Source of the DNA: Thermoplasmata archaeon
GTDB taxonomy: Archaea > Thermoplasmatota > Thermoplasmata > GCA-020350865
Length of the DNA stretch: 31,211 bases
NCBI GenBank assembly: GCA_020348445.1
Contig: CP070751.1
Location: forward strand, 2,117,875 to 2,149,085
Reading direction: 5' to 3'
Shown: piece after piece, positions 9,511 through 18,805 of the stretch
Position numbering within the stretch: position 1 is the first letter of the stretch
How the letters are laid out: every line of letters starts with the position of its first letter
Translations under genes and position numbers: made by a program
The notes under the pieces: model-generated
Told to the model about the DNA's origin: nothing
The model's database searches: none
Seen by the model: the letters and a program-made list of their open reading frames with translations, nothing else

Positions 9511-12500
9511 TTACAATCCAATTTCCAAGGTCGTTATCGTTATCGCACCATCATCATCCTCGATTACCAAAGTAATCGTGTAAGTCCCAGTCGTAGTGTA
9601 TGAATGTACACATGTATCTGTTGCCCACATAGGATTAATGTCTGGGCTCGGATATGGATCAGGACTCACTCCGTTGTTGAAATAGGTGGTCGGTCCTGCA
9701 GTTGCTCCGTCTCCAAAGTCCCAGGTAAAAGTTAGATCATCACTGCCAGGATCAGTGGCAATGCCTTCTAAGGTAATATTATGTCCCAATAGGTGAGGAT
9801 TCAATTCCACCTCCCAGGGATCGATATGGTTCCAGTGGTCGCTGTTCCAATAGGATTGCCGGACGTTGAACGTATGGTGTATACGAGCTGTTGATTCATT
9901 CTCAAATTCAATTTCTATCCACACAGGATTGCCGCCCCAGACATTACCATTAACTCTTGGATCATTGGGGAGGTAATCAACTATAGCTGAATACCTTTTA
10001 GTCATGTCCAGTCTAATATTATTAATTGTATCTTTTTGATCATCAGGACTTCCCGGGTATCTGGTCACCTTTCCAGTCCAAATCTGAAAATCTTCCTCGT
10101 AGAGGTAAATATCTACTGAATGATATTTTTCTCCCGCCACTCTTAGGGAAATGTTCACATACACGTAGGCCTCTATTTTCTCAATGACCGGAGCTACATT
10201 TTCTACCGTGATATTCGTGATAAAAGTAGTTGAATCTCCATCATCATCTTCCACTGTCAACGTTAAGCCAAACACTCCATTGTCACCGTAAGTGTGCCCA
10301 ACATCATCTGCAGCAGAAAATGGGTAAGTCCCCCACGGACTCGGGTATGGATCAGGTCCTGTGCCATCATTGTAGTATGAATTCACGTATGTTGGTCCGT
10401 ATTCAAATTCCCAGGTAAATGTTAAATCATCGCTCCCTGGGTCTGTGGAGGTGGCTGTAATATCTAAAGGTGAGGCTTCATCAACTGTAAATGGTCCAAA
10501 TGGCTGAATCTGCGGTGCTACATTATAAATTGTAAAATTCGATATAAAGGAGGCAACCCCTTTGTCATCATCTTCTACAGTTAGTGTAACAGTATATACA
10601 CCATTATCGCCATAAGCATGGGTTACCTGGTCAGTTGCTGAGAATGGATATGTTCCCCATGGGCTTGGGTAGGGGTCTGGCCCCGAGCCATCATTATAGA
10701 GAATATTTGTAGTGGCTGGTACAAGTTCAAATTTCCAACTAAAAGTGAGGTCGTCACTTCCCTGGTCTGTGGAATTTGCAGAAAGGGTAAAGGGTGTACC
10801 CTCTTCCATAATAGTCGTAGGCCAGATTGCGGTGATCGTGGGTGCGACATTGTTTACTGTGATATTTGTAGTGTATGATGTCTTTCCGTTGTCATCATCA
10901 ATTACAGTCAAGGTTACCGTGAAAACACCGTTATCACCATAGGTATGAGTGACTATGTCGGTAACATTGAAGGGATAATTTCCTTCTGGGCTCGGGTAGG
11001 GATCAGGATTCACACCGTCATTGTAATGAACATTCGTTATTGTTGGACCGTATTCGAATTCCCAGGTGAAAGTCAAATCGTCGCTACCTAGATCAGTTGA
11101 AATTGCTGAAAGGTCAAACGGCATCCCTTCATCAACAGTGAATGGCCCAAAGGGCTCGATTGTTGGAGCAACGTTATCCACATACACAGTGGTCGTTAAT
11201 GTGGATACCCCTTTATCATCGTCAGTTACCTTGAAAGTCAATGTGTAATTATAATTGTCACCATAAGTATGGCCTATTGTATCTTGGGCAATAAAGGGAA
11301 AGATTCCGTCGGGACTTGGGTATGGATCTGGAGTGGTTCCATTATTATAGAAAGTATTTTCGATGACTGGAGTTGAATCGCCAAAGTCCCATTCAAAAGT
11401 CAAATCATCGCTTCCAAGGTCTTTTACTGTCGCCCTGTAAGCTGCTGAGGTTCCTTCGTAGGCTACATATGGGATTGCGAGCTCGATAATAGACGGAGCT
11501 AAATTGTCTACAGATACTGTGGTCGTATACGTGGTCATGGCACCGTCATCATCAGTAACTGTTAAAACCAGTGTATAATCATAATTGTCCCCATATGTGT
11601 GGGTCACCATGTCTGAGGCATTAAATGGATATGTACCAAGTGGACTTTTAACCTCGTTTGTTATGGGATCGTAAACAGGCTCGGGACTCACACCGTTATT
11701 GTAGTATGTGTTTTCGATTGTAGGGCCATATTCGAACTCCCAGGAAAATGTTAGATCGTCGCTTCCAGGGTCAACCGCATTTGCTGTAAAGGTTATTTGA
11801 TAACTTTCATAGAAATCATTAGAACTTGCAGGAGAATATTTTATGGTAGCATAATCATAACCTGTCCCACTTCCCATACTACCGCCGGTAACATATACAT
11901 ATCCCATTGAATCAGTAACTATGGCTTTCACCCGATCTTGATCATTTCCAGGACCATTGTATCTTTCAACCCATAATTCATTACCTGATAAATCATAAGC
12001 AACGGTGGCATAGTCAAAATCTGTCCCGACACCATCACTCATTCCTGTAATATAGATATATCCAGAAGGATCTAGCGCCATTGCACGTGCCGAATTATAA
12101 CTGGTTGCAGAATAGTTATATCTAGCAATCCACAGCTGATTTCCATTGGTATCGTAGGCTATTGTGGTAAAGTCTGTACCTGATAGACCGTTTGGACTGC
12201 TTCCCGTTACAAAGACATTTCCCGATGTATCCACACATAAATCATAGGCAAAATCATCATTACCTGGACCATCATATCTTTTTACCCAGATTTGGTTGCC
12301 AGATTGATCATATTTGATGGTCGCATAATCACATTCTGTTGTTACTCCATTATGAAACCAACTAATTCCAGTTACATATACGCTTCCTGATGAATCGACA
12401 TCCAATCCCATACCATAATCTTGACGATTTCCCGGGCCGTTATATCTTGCCACCCAAATTTCATTTCCTAAGTTGTCATATTTTATTGTGGCATAATCAT

Positions 12501-15500
12501 CGTCTGTCCCCCTACCTGGACTCACACCTGTAACGTAAATATTTCCATTGTTGTCCAACGAGATTCTTTTAGGCTCATCCCAATCATGTCCTGGGCCATC
12601 ATATCGTGCCACCCAGAGCTGATTTCCCGAAGAATCATATGCCACTGTAGCAAAATCACGACTGGTTCCGCTTCCTTGACTTTCACCTACTATGTAAATA
12701 TTCCCTATGGAATCGATAGCCATAGAATGGGCTGCATCATAACTACTTGCAGGACCATTGTATCTTGCCACCCATAGTAGATTTCCTGACGAATCATATT
12801 TTAAGGTCGCAAAATCACTGTATGTGCCGGAACCTCTGCTTCCCCCTGTTACATAGATATTTCCCAATGAATCGACAGCAATTGAATTAGCAACATCAGA
12901 TCCGCTTGCAGGACCATCATATCTTGCCATCCACAGTTCGTTACCAAGGGAATCATATGCAATTGTGACATAGTCCCAACCTGTTGTACTGCTGTCGCTA
13001 TACCCTGTAACATAAACATTCCCTGCCAAATCTACGGCAATTGCCCTACCCCAATCAGAACCATATCCTGGGGGATTGTATCTTACCACCCATTCTTCTG
13101 TAACATCTTGGGACATCAATGTCGTATTTTGAGCTATGATCGCTTCTATTGTTGGTACAACATTATTGACATTCACTGTAGTTTCATAGAAAGTAGAACC
13201 ATCATCATCATCTTCTACTGTCAGAGTAATTGTATAAACACCATTATCTCCATAGGTATGCTGCACAATGTCTGTAACTGTAAATGGATATGTGCCCAAT
13301 GGACTCTGAGGAGGATCCGGACTTGCGCCATTATTGTAGTAGGTGGGAGTTGTTGTGGAAGTCCCGTCTCCCCAATTCCAGGTAAATGTCAGATCATCAC
13401 TGCCTAAATCCGTGACAGTGGAGCTGAAGGCTATAGGTGATCCTTCAAAACCCGAAGGTGCTGTTATTGAATCTACAGAAGGAGCAACATTGTTTACTGT
13501 TATAATGGTTGTATATGTGAATATTCCTTCATCATCATCGGAAACTGTCAGAGTGATTGTATAAACACCATTGTCTCCATAAGTGTGGCTCACGGTATCT
13601 GTCGTTGTAAATGGGTATGTTCCCCATGGACTCTTGATTTCGTTTGTGGCTGGATTGTAATCAAGTTCGGGGCTTAAGCCATTGTTATAATATTTGGTAA
13701 CAGTATCAGATGTTCCATCGCCCCAGTTCCAATTGAATGTCAGGTCGTCGGTTCCTGGGTCGGAAGCAGTTCCTGTGAATTTAATTGAAGAACCCTCATT
13801 GCATTCATAATGAGTTGAAGGAGAGTATTTTATCGTTACCATGTCCCGGGATGTTCCGTCGCCATCACTCCAACCAGTGACATAAATATTTCCAGATGAG
13901 TCCGCAGCTAAACCACTGCCTCGATCATGATTATTTCCCGGTCCATTGTATCTTTCTACCCAGAGATGGTTACCGTTTGAACTATAGGCTATCGTAGCAA
14001 AGTCAGCGTTTGTCCCGTTACCCTGGCTTCTTCCGCTCACGATTACGTTACCATGTGGATCTACCCCTATTACATAGGCAGTATCATACCCGTTTCCGGG
14101 TCCAGCATACGCAGCACTCCATAACTGTGTGCCATTAAGATCATATGCTACTGTTAAATAATTTGTTTCTAAATAGCTATTTGGAGATCTACCAGTTACA
14201 TAGATTCTCCCTGGATCATCAAAGGCGATATCATACCCACAACCGTTATCGATCCTAGCATCCCATATTTGAATTCCCAAGGAATTATATGCAACGGTAA
14301 CAAAGTCACCACCACTTCCCCCTGTTACATAGATATTGCCATAAGGATCTAGAACAAGGGCCCAAGGCTCACCAACAATATCAATATCATATCTTGCGAC
14401 CCATAGTTCATTGCCATCAGAATCATAAGCAACTGTAGCATAGTCATACTTTCCATTCAAACCTATACTCCGCCCTGTGACGATAATGTTTCCTGATGAA
14501 TTGTCTACAGCTATATCCCTTGGATCATCTACACCATTTCCTGGCCCGTTGTACCTTGCCACCCAAAGTTGATCGCCGTTTGAATCATAAGCTATTGTAG
14601 CGTAGTCGGTGTCTGTGCTTGTCCCACGGCTTTCTCCAGTCACATATATGTTCCTGTTTGAACCAATGGCAATTGCACAAGCATCATCACGCCCATCTCC
14701 TGGTCCATTGTATCTCGCCACCCACAATTGGTTACCGTAAGGGCTATAGGATACAGTCGCAAAATCGCTATCATCCGCATCGAAAGGTTCTCGTTTCACA
14801 AAGCTTTTACCAGTAACGTAGACATTTCCAGACGCATCCACTTCTACATCATAGGGATAATCACTGGAGCTTGCAGGACCGTTATACCTGGATGTCCATA
14901 ACACATTACCTGAATGGTCGTATGCTACAGTGGCATAGTCAGAATAATCACCGATATAACTATGACCTGTCACATAAATGTTTCCTGAAGGACCTATTGC
15001 CAAGGCATTCCCATAGTCTCCGTAATTTGCAGCATTATATCTCGCCACCCATTCTTCCATAACACCTTGTTGAATAGCTGTTGCACCTTGGGCTGTAATT
15101 GGTTCCAATGTTGGAGCAACATTCCTCACAGTAACCTGCATAGTATCAGTATCAAACAGCCTGCCTGCAGAATAATTTTCCACGATCTCTGATATTTCTT
15201 TATAAATTGTTTCTAAATATCCAGCGTCTGGTGCCGGGAAGTACTTCCCATCCGTGATGTCGGCTATCTCTTTAAGAAGCAGCTCTTCTGTGGAGTTAGG
15301 TAACATGGCCAATCCAATGGTAAATATTTTTATGTCCCTGCTTGCCGCAATATTTGCCTCTATTAAACAGTAGTTGTTGTCAATCGGATCGTTGTTCGCC
15401 GCATCTGTGAGAAGGATCATGATTGGAACATGGCTTGGGTCTGCATGATTTCTCAGTTCCTCATTTGAAAGATTGAGTCCTCTGGAAATTCCTGTGCCCC

Positions 15501-17829
15501 CCATGCTATCGATGTAATCGAGATTGCCCTTGATTGTAGCATAATCCATACCTAGGTGATCATCATAAGGCCCAGGTGGCATGAGATCTGCATCTGTATC
15601 AAAATCAACTACACAGCCCCTGTCATCAGGCGTCATCTTGTCAACATACTGCTTTGCAGCATCTATTCTGAAGTTGAGGGGATCGTTCCACCCCATGCTT
15701 CCAGAGCTGTCCATTACCAAAACGCAATCCTGGGCAATCTTTTTGACATCACCAGTTTCATATGGAGTTGAGACTGTGAGAGTTACGGTATAGATGCCAT
15801 CATCACCATAGATATGGGTTGGAGTAGATCCAGTTGCATCAACATCGTTCGTATAGTTACCGTCTCCATCCGAATCAACATCTGAGTTAAAGTCCCACTC
15901 GTAGGTAAGTTCACCTGGTTGAGAGTAATTTAGGCTTCCGGTTTGGTAAATTCTTTGGATGTCCTGATCTGATAGAGCGCAGTCATATATTGCCACTTCA
16001 TCAATTATACCTTTGAAAAAGACAGGACCATAGCGGCCAATTCCAACATTTGCGGCGCTTGTCTTTATTTTGCCTGTGAAGTTCACAGAATCCTCGACCT
16101 GGCCGTTGTAAAACACCTTCAGAACATTGCCGTCCCAGGTCATGGCAATATGTTGCCATACATCATAAACAATATTTGTGGTGCCCGTGGCTTGATGCCA
16201 ATTGTTTACTGGGCTATCTTCATGAAGTATTGATCTCACCTGCCCCGGGTAGATGTCCAGGGAGTACAGACCACCTCGCCCTTCATGTCCAGGGTTGAGC
16301 TCCTTGCAGACAACATATCCATAGTCAGTTCTTTTGGGTTTGATCCAGGCGTGTATTGTCATCATATCAGTGATATTCAATGAAGGCGAGGTAGGAACAT
16401 CCACGAAGCTGCGGAATCCGTCAAAACTCAGGGCGCTGCCGTATTTCCCAGTGGTCCATGTGGCCTTGTATATTTCCCCGTCATTGTGATAGTCGGTCTC
16501 ATCGTAGATCGTATCTCCAGAACCCTCATCCATGTGCCATACTGCCACGGCATCGGGAACTACGCCCCCACCTGCTGTAGAACCGCTTCCATTGAATTGA
16601 ACGACATCTCCCTCGTTTACGGTTTGGTCGGGGCCTGCGTCGGCGGTTGGGGGTTGGGTTTGAGGAGGGGTGGGTGTGCCGATGGCGTAGAATTTATAGT
16701 CTCCGGATCCCACGTAAATCGTACCATCAGACCCGATTGCGGGTGATGACCTCACCCTACCATTGGTTGTGAAATTCCATCTCTCGGTACCATCTGGATT
16801 GACGGCATATAGTTTATTATCATCGGATCCGATATAAATCGTACCATCGGCCCCGATTGCTGGTGATGAATCTATTAAGTCACCGGATTTGAAATTCCAT
16901 TTCTCAGTGCCATACGAGTTTATAGCATATAATTTACCATCCCAAGAACCGATATATATTGTACCATCAGTTCCAATAGCTGGTGATGAGTCTATATTCC
17001 AACCGGTTAAAAAACTCCATTTCTCTGTCCCATCTGGATTTATTGCGTAAAGTATATCATCACGAGACCCAACATAAATTGTACCATCGTTACCAATTGC
17101 AGGTGATGACACTACCCATCCCCCAGTTAAGAAATTCCATTTCTCAGTACCATCTGGATTGAGCGCATACAATTTATTGTCTTGACAACCAATATAAATC
17201 GTATTATCAGACCCAATTGCTGGTGAGGATGATATGCGAGAACCTGTTGAAAAACTCCATTTCTTAGTGCCATCAGAGTTTATTGCGTAAATTATATGAT
17301 CGTCTGAGCCAAAATAGATTGTGCCATCGGAGTCAATTGCAGGCGATGATAATAAAGCCCAACCGGTTATGAAATTCCATTTCTCTGTCCCATCAGGGTT
17401 AATTGCATATAATTTAAAGTCGTCAGAGCCAACATAGATTGTACCATCGAGACCTATTGCAGGCGATGAGTACACATTGTTATCCGCTGTAAAATTCCAT
17501 TTTTCAGTGCCATCAGTATTGATCGCATAGAGTTTATCATCCATAGAGCCGACATATATAGTACCATCTTCCCCGATTGCAGGCGATGATTCTACAGATC
17601 CTTCAGTTGTAAAACTCCATTTTAACTTACCATTATTTCCACTTGTATCGCAGGGGCTAAGGCTCGTATGCCTGACATTCCCCCTGAACATCGGCCATGG
17701 AGAATCTGCAAGACCTCCCCCTCCCCCACTCGAACTTGAATTCGGTTCCCCCACATCTAGGGTAATCGGTGTAGAAATAGAAGTTAACATAACCACACAT
17801 AAAAACATACTTTCAATCTTGGAATTCAT
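9511..17829 (-). CDS. Giant secreted modular surface protein, paralog B (2772 aa): signal peptide, 8-blade PQQ-like propeller, PKD, LamG, vWA, two 8-blade SBBP-type propellers, eight further PKD-like domains, inserted C-terminal domain of unknown function
   Basis: Eight WxF...SSPAIGxDGTIYVGSxDxxLYA repeats. LamG signature (AVWHMDEG...ALSFDG...GIIDEVAIY). vWA MIDAS DSSGS. 16 repeats of the type DxxGNxYVTG...DYAT. Repeated TFxWxFGDG...HTYGDNGxYTxTLTVxDDD. GAGGT SD. No C-terminal TM. Confidence 0.95.
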   Translation of the reverse strand: MNSKIESMFLCVVMLTSISTPITLDVGEPNSSSSGGGGGLADSPWPMFRGNVRHTSLSPCDTSGNNGKLKWSFTTEGSVESSPAIGEDGTIYVGSMDDKLYAINTDGTEKWNFTADNNVYSSPAIGLDGTIYVGSDDFKLYAINPDGTEKWNFITGWALLSSPAIDSDGTIYFGSDDHIIYAINSDGTKKWSFSTGSRISSSPAIGSDNTIYIGCQDNKLYALNPDGTEKWNFLTGGWVVSSPAIGNDGTIYVGSRDDILYAINPDGTEKWSFLTGWNIDSSPAIGTDGTIYIGSWDGKLYAINSYGTEKWNFKSGDLIDSSPAIGADGTIYIGSDDNKLYAVNPDGTERWNFTTNGRVRSSPAIGSDGTIYVGSGDYKFYAIGTPTPPQTQPPTADAGPDQTVNEGDVVQFNGSGSTAGGGVVPDAVAVWHMDEGSGDTIYDETDYHNDGEIYKATWTTGKYGSALSFDGFRSFVDVPTSPSLNITDMMTIHAWIKPKRTDYGYVVCKELNPGHEGRGGLYSLDIYPGQVRSILHEDSPVNNWHQATGTTNIVYDVWQHIAMTWDGNVLKVFYNGQVEDSVNFTGKIKTSAANVGIGRYGPVFFKGIIDEVAIYDCALSDQDIQRIYQTGSLNYSQPGELTYEWDFNSDVDSDGDGNYTNDVDATGSTPTHIYGDDGIYTVTLTVSTPYETGDVKKIAQDCVLVMDSSGSMGWNDPLNFRIDAAKQYVDKMTPDDRGCVVDFDTDADLMPPGPYDDHLGMDYATIKGNLDYIDSMGGTGISRGLNLSNEELRNHADPSHVPIMILLTDAANNDPIDNNYCLIEANIAASRDIKIFTIGLAMLPNSTEELLLKEIADITDGKYFPAPDAGYLETIYKEISEIVENYSAGRLFDTDTMQVTVRNVAPTLEPITAQGATAIQQGVMEEWVARYNAANYGDYGNALAIGPSGNIYVTGHSYIGDYSDYATVAYDHSGNVLWTSRYNGPASSSDYPYDVEVDASGNVYVTGKSFVKREPFDADDSDFATVSYSPYGNQLWVARYNGPGDGRDDACAIAIGSNRNIYVTGESRGTSTDTDYATIAYDSNGDQLWVARYNGPGNGVDDPRDIAVDNSSGNIIVTGRSIGLNGKYDYATVAYDSDGNELWVARYDIDIVGEPWALVLDPYGNIYVTGGSGGDFVTVAYNSLGIQIWDARIDNGCGYDIAFDDPGRIYVTGRSPNSYLETNYLTVAYDLNGTQLWSAAYAGPGNGYDTAYVIGVDPHGNVIVSGRSQGNGTNADFATIAYSSNGNHLWVERYNGPGNNHDRGSGLAADSSGNIYVTGWSDGDGTSRDMVTIKYSPSTHYECNEGSSIKFTGTASDPGTDDLTFNWNWGDGTSDTVTKYYNNGLSPELDYNPATNEIKSPWGTYPFTTTDTVSHTYGDNGVYTITLTVSDDDEGIFTYTTIITVNNVAPSVDSITAPSGFEGSPIAFSSTVTDLGSDDLTFTWNWGDGTSTTTPTYYNNGASPDPPQSPLGTYPFTVTDIVQHTYGDNGVYTITLTVEDDDDGSTFYETTVNVNNVVPTIEAIIAQNTTLMSQDVTEEWVVRYNPPGYGSDWGRAIAVDLAGNVYVTGYSDSSTTGWDYVTIAYDSLGNELWMARYDGPASGSDVANSIAVDSLGNIYVTGGSRGSGTYSDFATLKYDSSGNLLWVARYNGPASSYDAAHSMAIDSIGNIYIVGESQGSGTSRDFATVAYDSSGNQLWVARYDGPGHDWDEPKRISLDNNGNIYVTGVSPGRGTDDDYATIKYDNLGNEIWVARYNGPGNRQDYGMGLDVDSSGSVYVTGISWFHNGVTTECDYATIKYDQSGNQIWVKRYDGPGNDDFAYDLCVDTSGNVFVTGSSPNGLSGTDFTTIAYDTNGNQLWIARYNYSATSYNSARAMALDPSGYIYITGMSDGVGTDFDYATVAYDLSGNELWVERYNGPGNDQDRVKAIVTDSMGYVYVTGGSMGSGTGYDYATIKYSPASSNDFYESYQITFTANAVDPGSDDLTFSWEFEYGPTIENTYYNNGVSPEPVYDPITNEVKSPLGTYPFNASDMVTHTYGDNYDYTLVLTVTDDDGAMTTYTTTVSVDNLAPSIIELAIPYVAYEGTSAAYRATVKDLGSDDLTFEWDFGDSTPVIENTFYNNGTTPDPYPSPDGIFPFIAQDTIGHTYGDNYNYTLTFKVTDDDKGVSTLTTTVYVDNVAPTIEPFGPFTVDEGMPFDLSAISTDLGSDDLTFTWEFEYGPTITNVHYNDGVNPDPYPSPEGNYPFNVTDIVTHTYGDNGVFTVTLTVIDDDNGKTSYTTNITVNNVAPTITAIWPTTIMEEGTPFTLSANSTDQGSDDLTFSWKFELVPATTNILYNDGSGPDPYPSPWGTYPFSATDQVTHAYGDNGVYTVTLTVEDDDKGVASFISNFTIYNVAPQIQPFGPFTVDEASPLDITATSTDPGSDDLTFTWEFEYGPTYVNSYYNDGTGPDPYPSPWGTYPFSAADDVGHTYGDNGVFGLTLTVEDDDGDSTTFITNITVENVAPVIEKIEAYVYVNISLRVAGEKYHSVDIYLYEEDFQIWTGKVTRYPGSPDDQKDTINNIRLDMTKRYSAIVDYLPNDPRVNGNVWGGNPVWIEIEFENESTARIHHTFNVRQSYWNSDHWNHIDPWEVELNPHLLGHNITLEGIATDPGSDDLTFTWDFGDGATAGPTTYFNNGVSPDPYPSPDINPMWATDTCVHSYTTTGTYTITLVIEDDDGAITITTLEIGL

Positions 17830-17900
17830 TCTAACCTCTCCCTACCGCCAGCTTGATTGGAAACGCCCTTCCAAGCGTTCCCCTTCGAGGCTTCGATGGT

Positions 17901-17934
17901 AATAATGGTCTTTTTGGATATTTATAATTTTGGC
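17901..17934 (-). promoter_or_regulatory. Putative BRE-TATA promoter of paralog B
   Basis: Minus strand GCCAAAA-TTATAAATA (TATA at 17919-17927), 90 bp upstream of the ATG. Matches the paralog A element in sequence and distance. Confidence 0.65.
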
Positions 17935-18011
17935 CCCCCCATCAATAACCTGATGGAAACCAAAAATATCTCTCAATCAATAAAATCCACCCCTCCAGTT
18001 CCAAAAAATCC

Positions 18012-18164
18012 TATACGAAATTCGGTTGATATTTCTCGATACTATACGAAATCCGGTGTACGCAATGCATACGAAATGCGGTGTATTTTCATATGAAACC
18101 CGGTGCATGAAACCACCCTCTACCCGACTCTATCCACCGAAATTGATATACGAAATCAGGTGTA
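18012..18164 (+). repeat. Five degenerate 18-bp direct repeats, consensus YATACGAAATNCGGTGTA
   Basis: Copies at 18012 (tatacgaaattcggttga), 18043 (tatacgaaatccggtgta), 18068 (catacgaaatgcggtgta), 18090 (catatgaaacccggtgca) and 18147 (tatacgaaatcaggtgta). Confidence 0.85.
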
Positions 18165-18176
18165 TACGACCTCTCC

Positions 18177-18602
18177 ATGCCCCAGCCTAAAAATCAAAAG
18201 AACTGTCCGCAAAAACCCAGTTGCCCGATATGCAACACGAATTCTAACATCGCAAAAATAGGGTACAGAACAACAAAAAAGGGAAAAATACAGCGCTTTA
18301 AGTGCAACAGGTGCAATAAAGCCTTCAGCGAAAATCCCATAAAATATGTCACTTATCCGCCAAAAATCATATTCACCGCGATTTCAACATATAACCTGGG
18401 TTATACAAAACATCAGACCTCCTAAATCCTATCGAAATTACATAGAATCGAAGTTCCCATATTAACGAAACATTCATGGCTTATATGATATCAAGATATA
18501 TGCGCTTTCACAAAACTTAGCTGAAATTATAAAATCGATCCACATAAAATAATCAACTTAAAAAAGGCCCGTCATAATCAGGTATATAAACTCAATCGCT
18601 AG
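18177..18602 (+). pseudogene. Decayed IS-like Zn-ribbon plus HTH gene (transposase N-terminus-like)
   Basis: CPIC...KIGYRTTKKGKIQRFKCNRC resembles IS1 InsA-type Zn ribbons. It is followed by YPPKIIFTAISTYNLGY...(stop)ILSKLHRIEVP...HSWL, an HTH-like pattern continuing in frame through TAA 18423, TGA 18486 and TGA 18522 to TAG 18600. No DDE domain follows. Confidence 0.65.
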
Positions 18603-18805
18603 GAAGCATACCTTCACAGTTAAGGAGGATATAATAAGATATATTTCGACGTATTTTTCATTGCGCTATTATATTACTCACCAAGGATAATATTCAAATT
18701 GTTATGAAAAGAGAAGGTAAGGGTAAAACAGATTGTAAGGGCGAGATCTAATGACGTTGATTTCTATTCCTAGGAGAATATTCCCTCAATCAATAAATCG
18801 ATTTC

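Noticed and set aside
1-16700. Diversity-generating retroelement (TR/VR pair) as explanation of the paralogous repeats
   Set aside because: Mismatches include G/A, C/T and A/T in both directions and are not adenine-specific on either strand. The repeats are kilobases long and coding in both copies, and there is no RT gene in the window.
16700-17710. PQQ-dependent dehydrogenase
   Set aside because: Only the generic 8-blade repeat is present, as the N-terminal module of an adhesin-like protein. No catalytic features were recognised.
17857-18096. 79 aa ORF over the repeat array
   Set aside because: TTG/GTG-type start with no SD, overlaps paralog B's promoter, and has no recognisable motif.
18012-18164. 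CRISPR array
   Set aside because: Repeats are only 18 bp and degenerate, gaps are 4-39 bp and irregular, and there are no cas genes.
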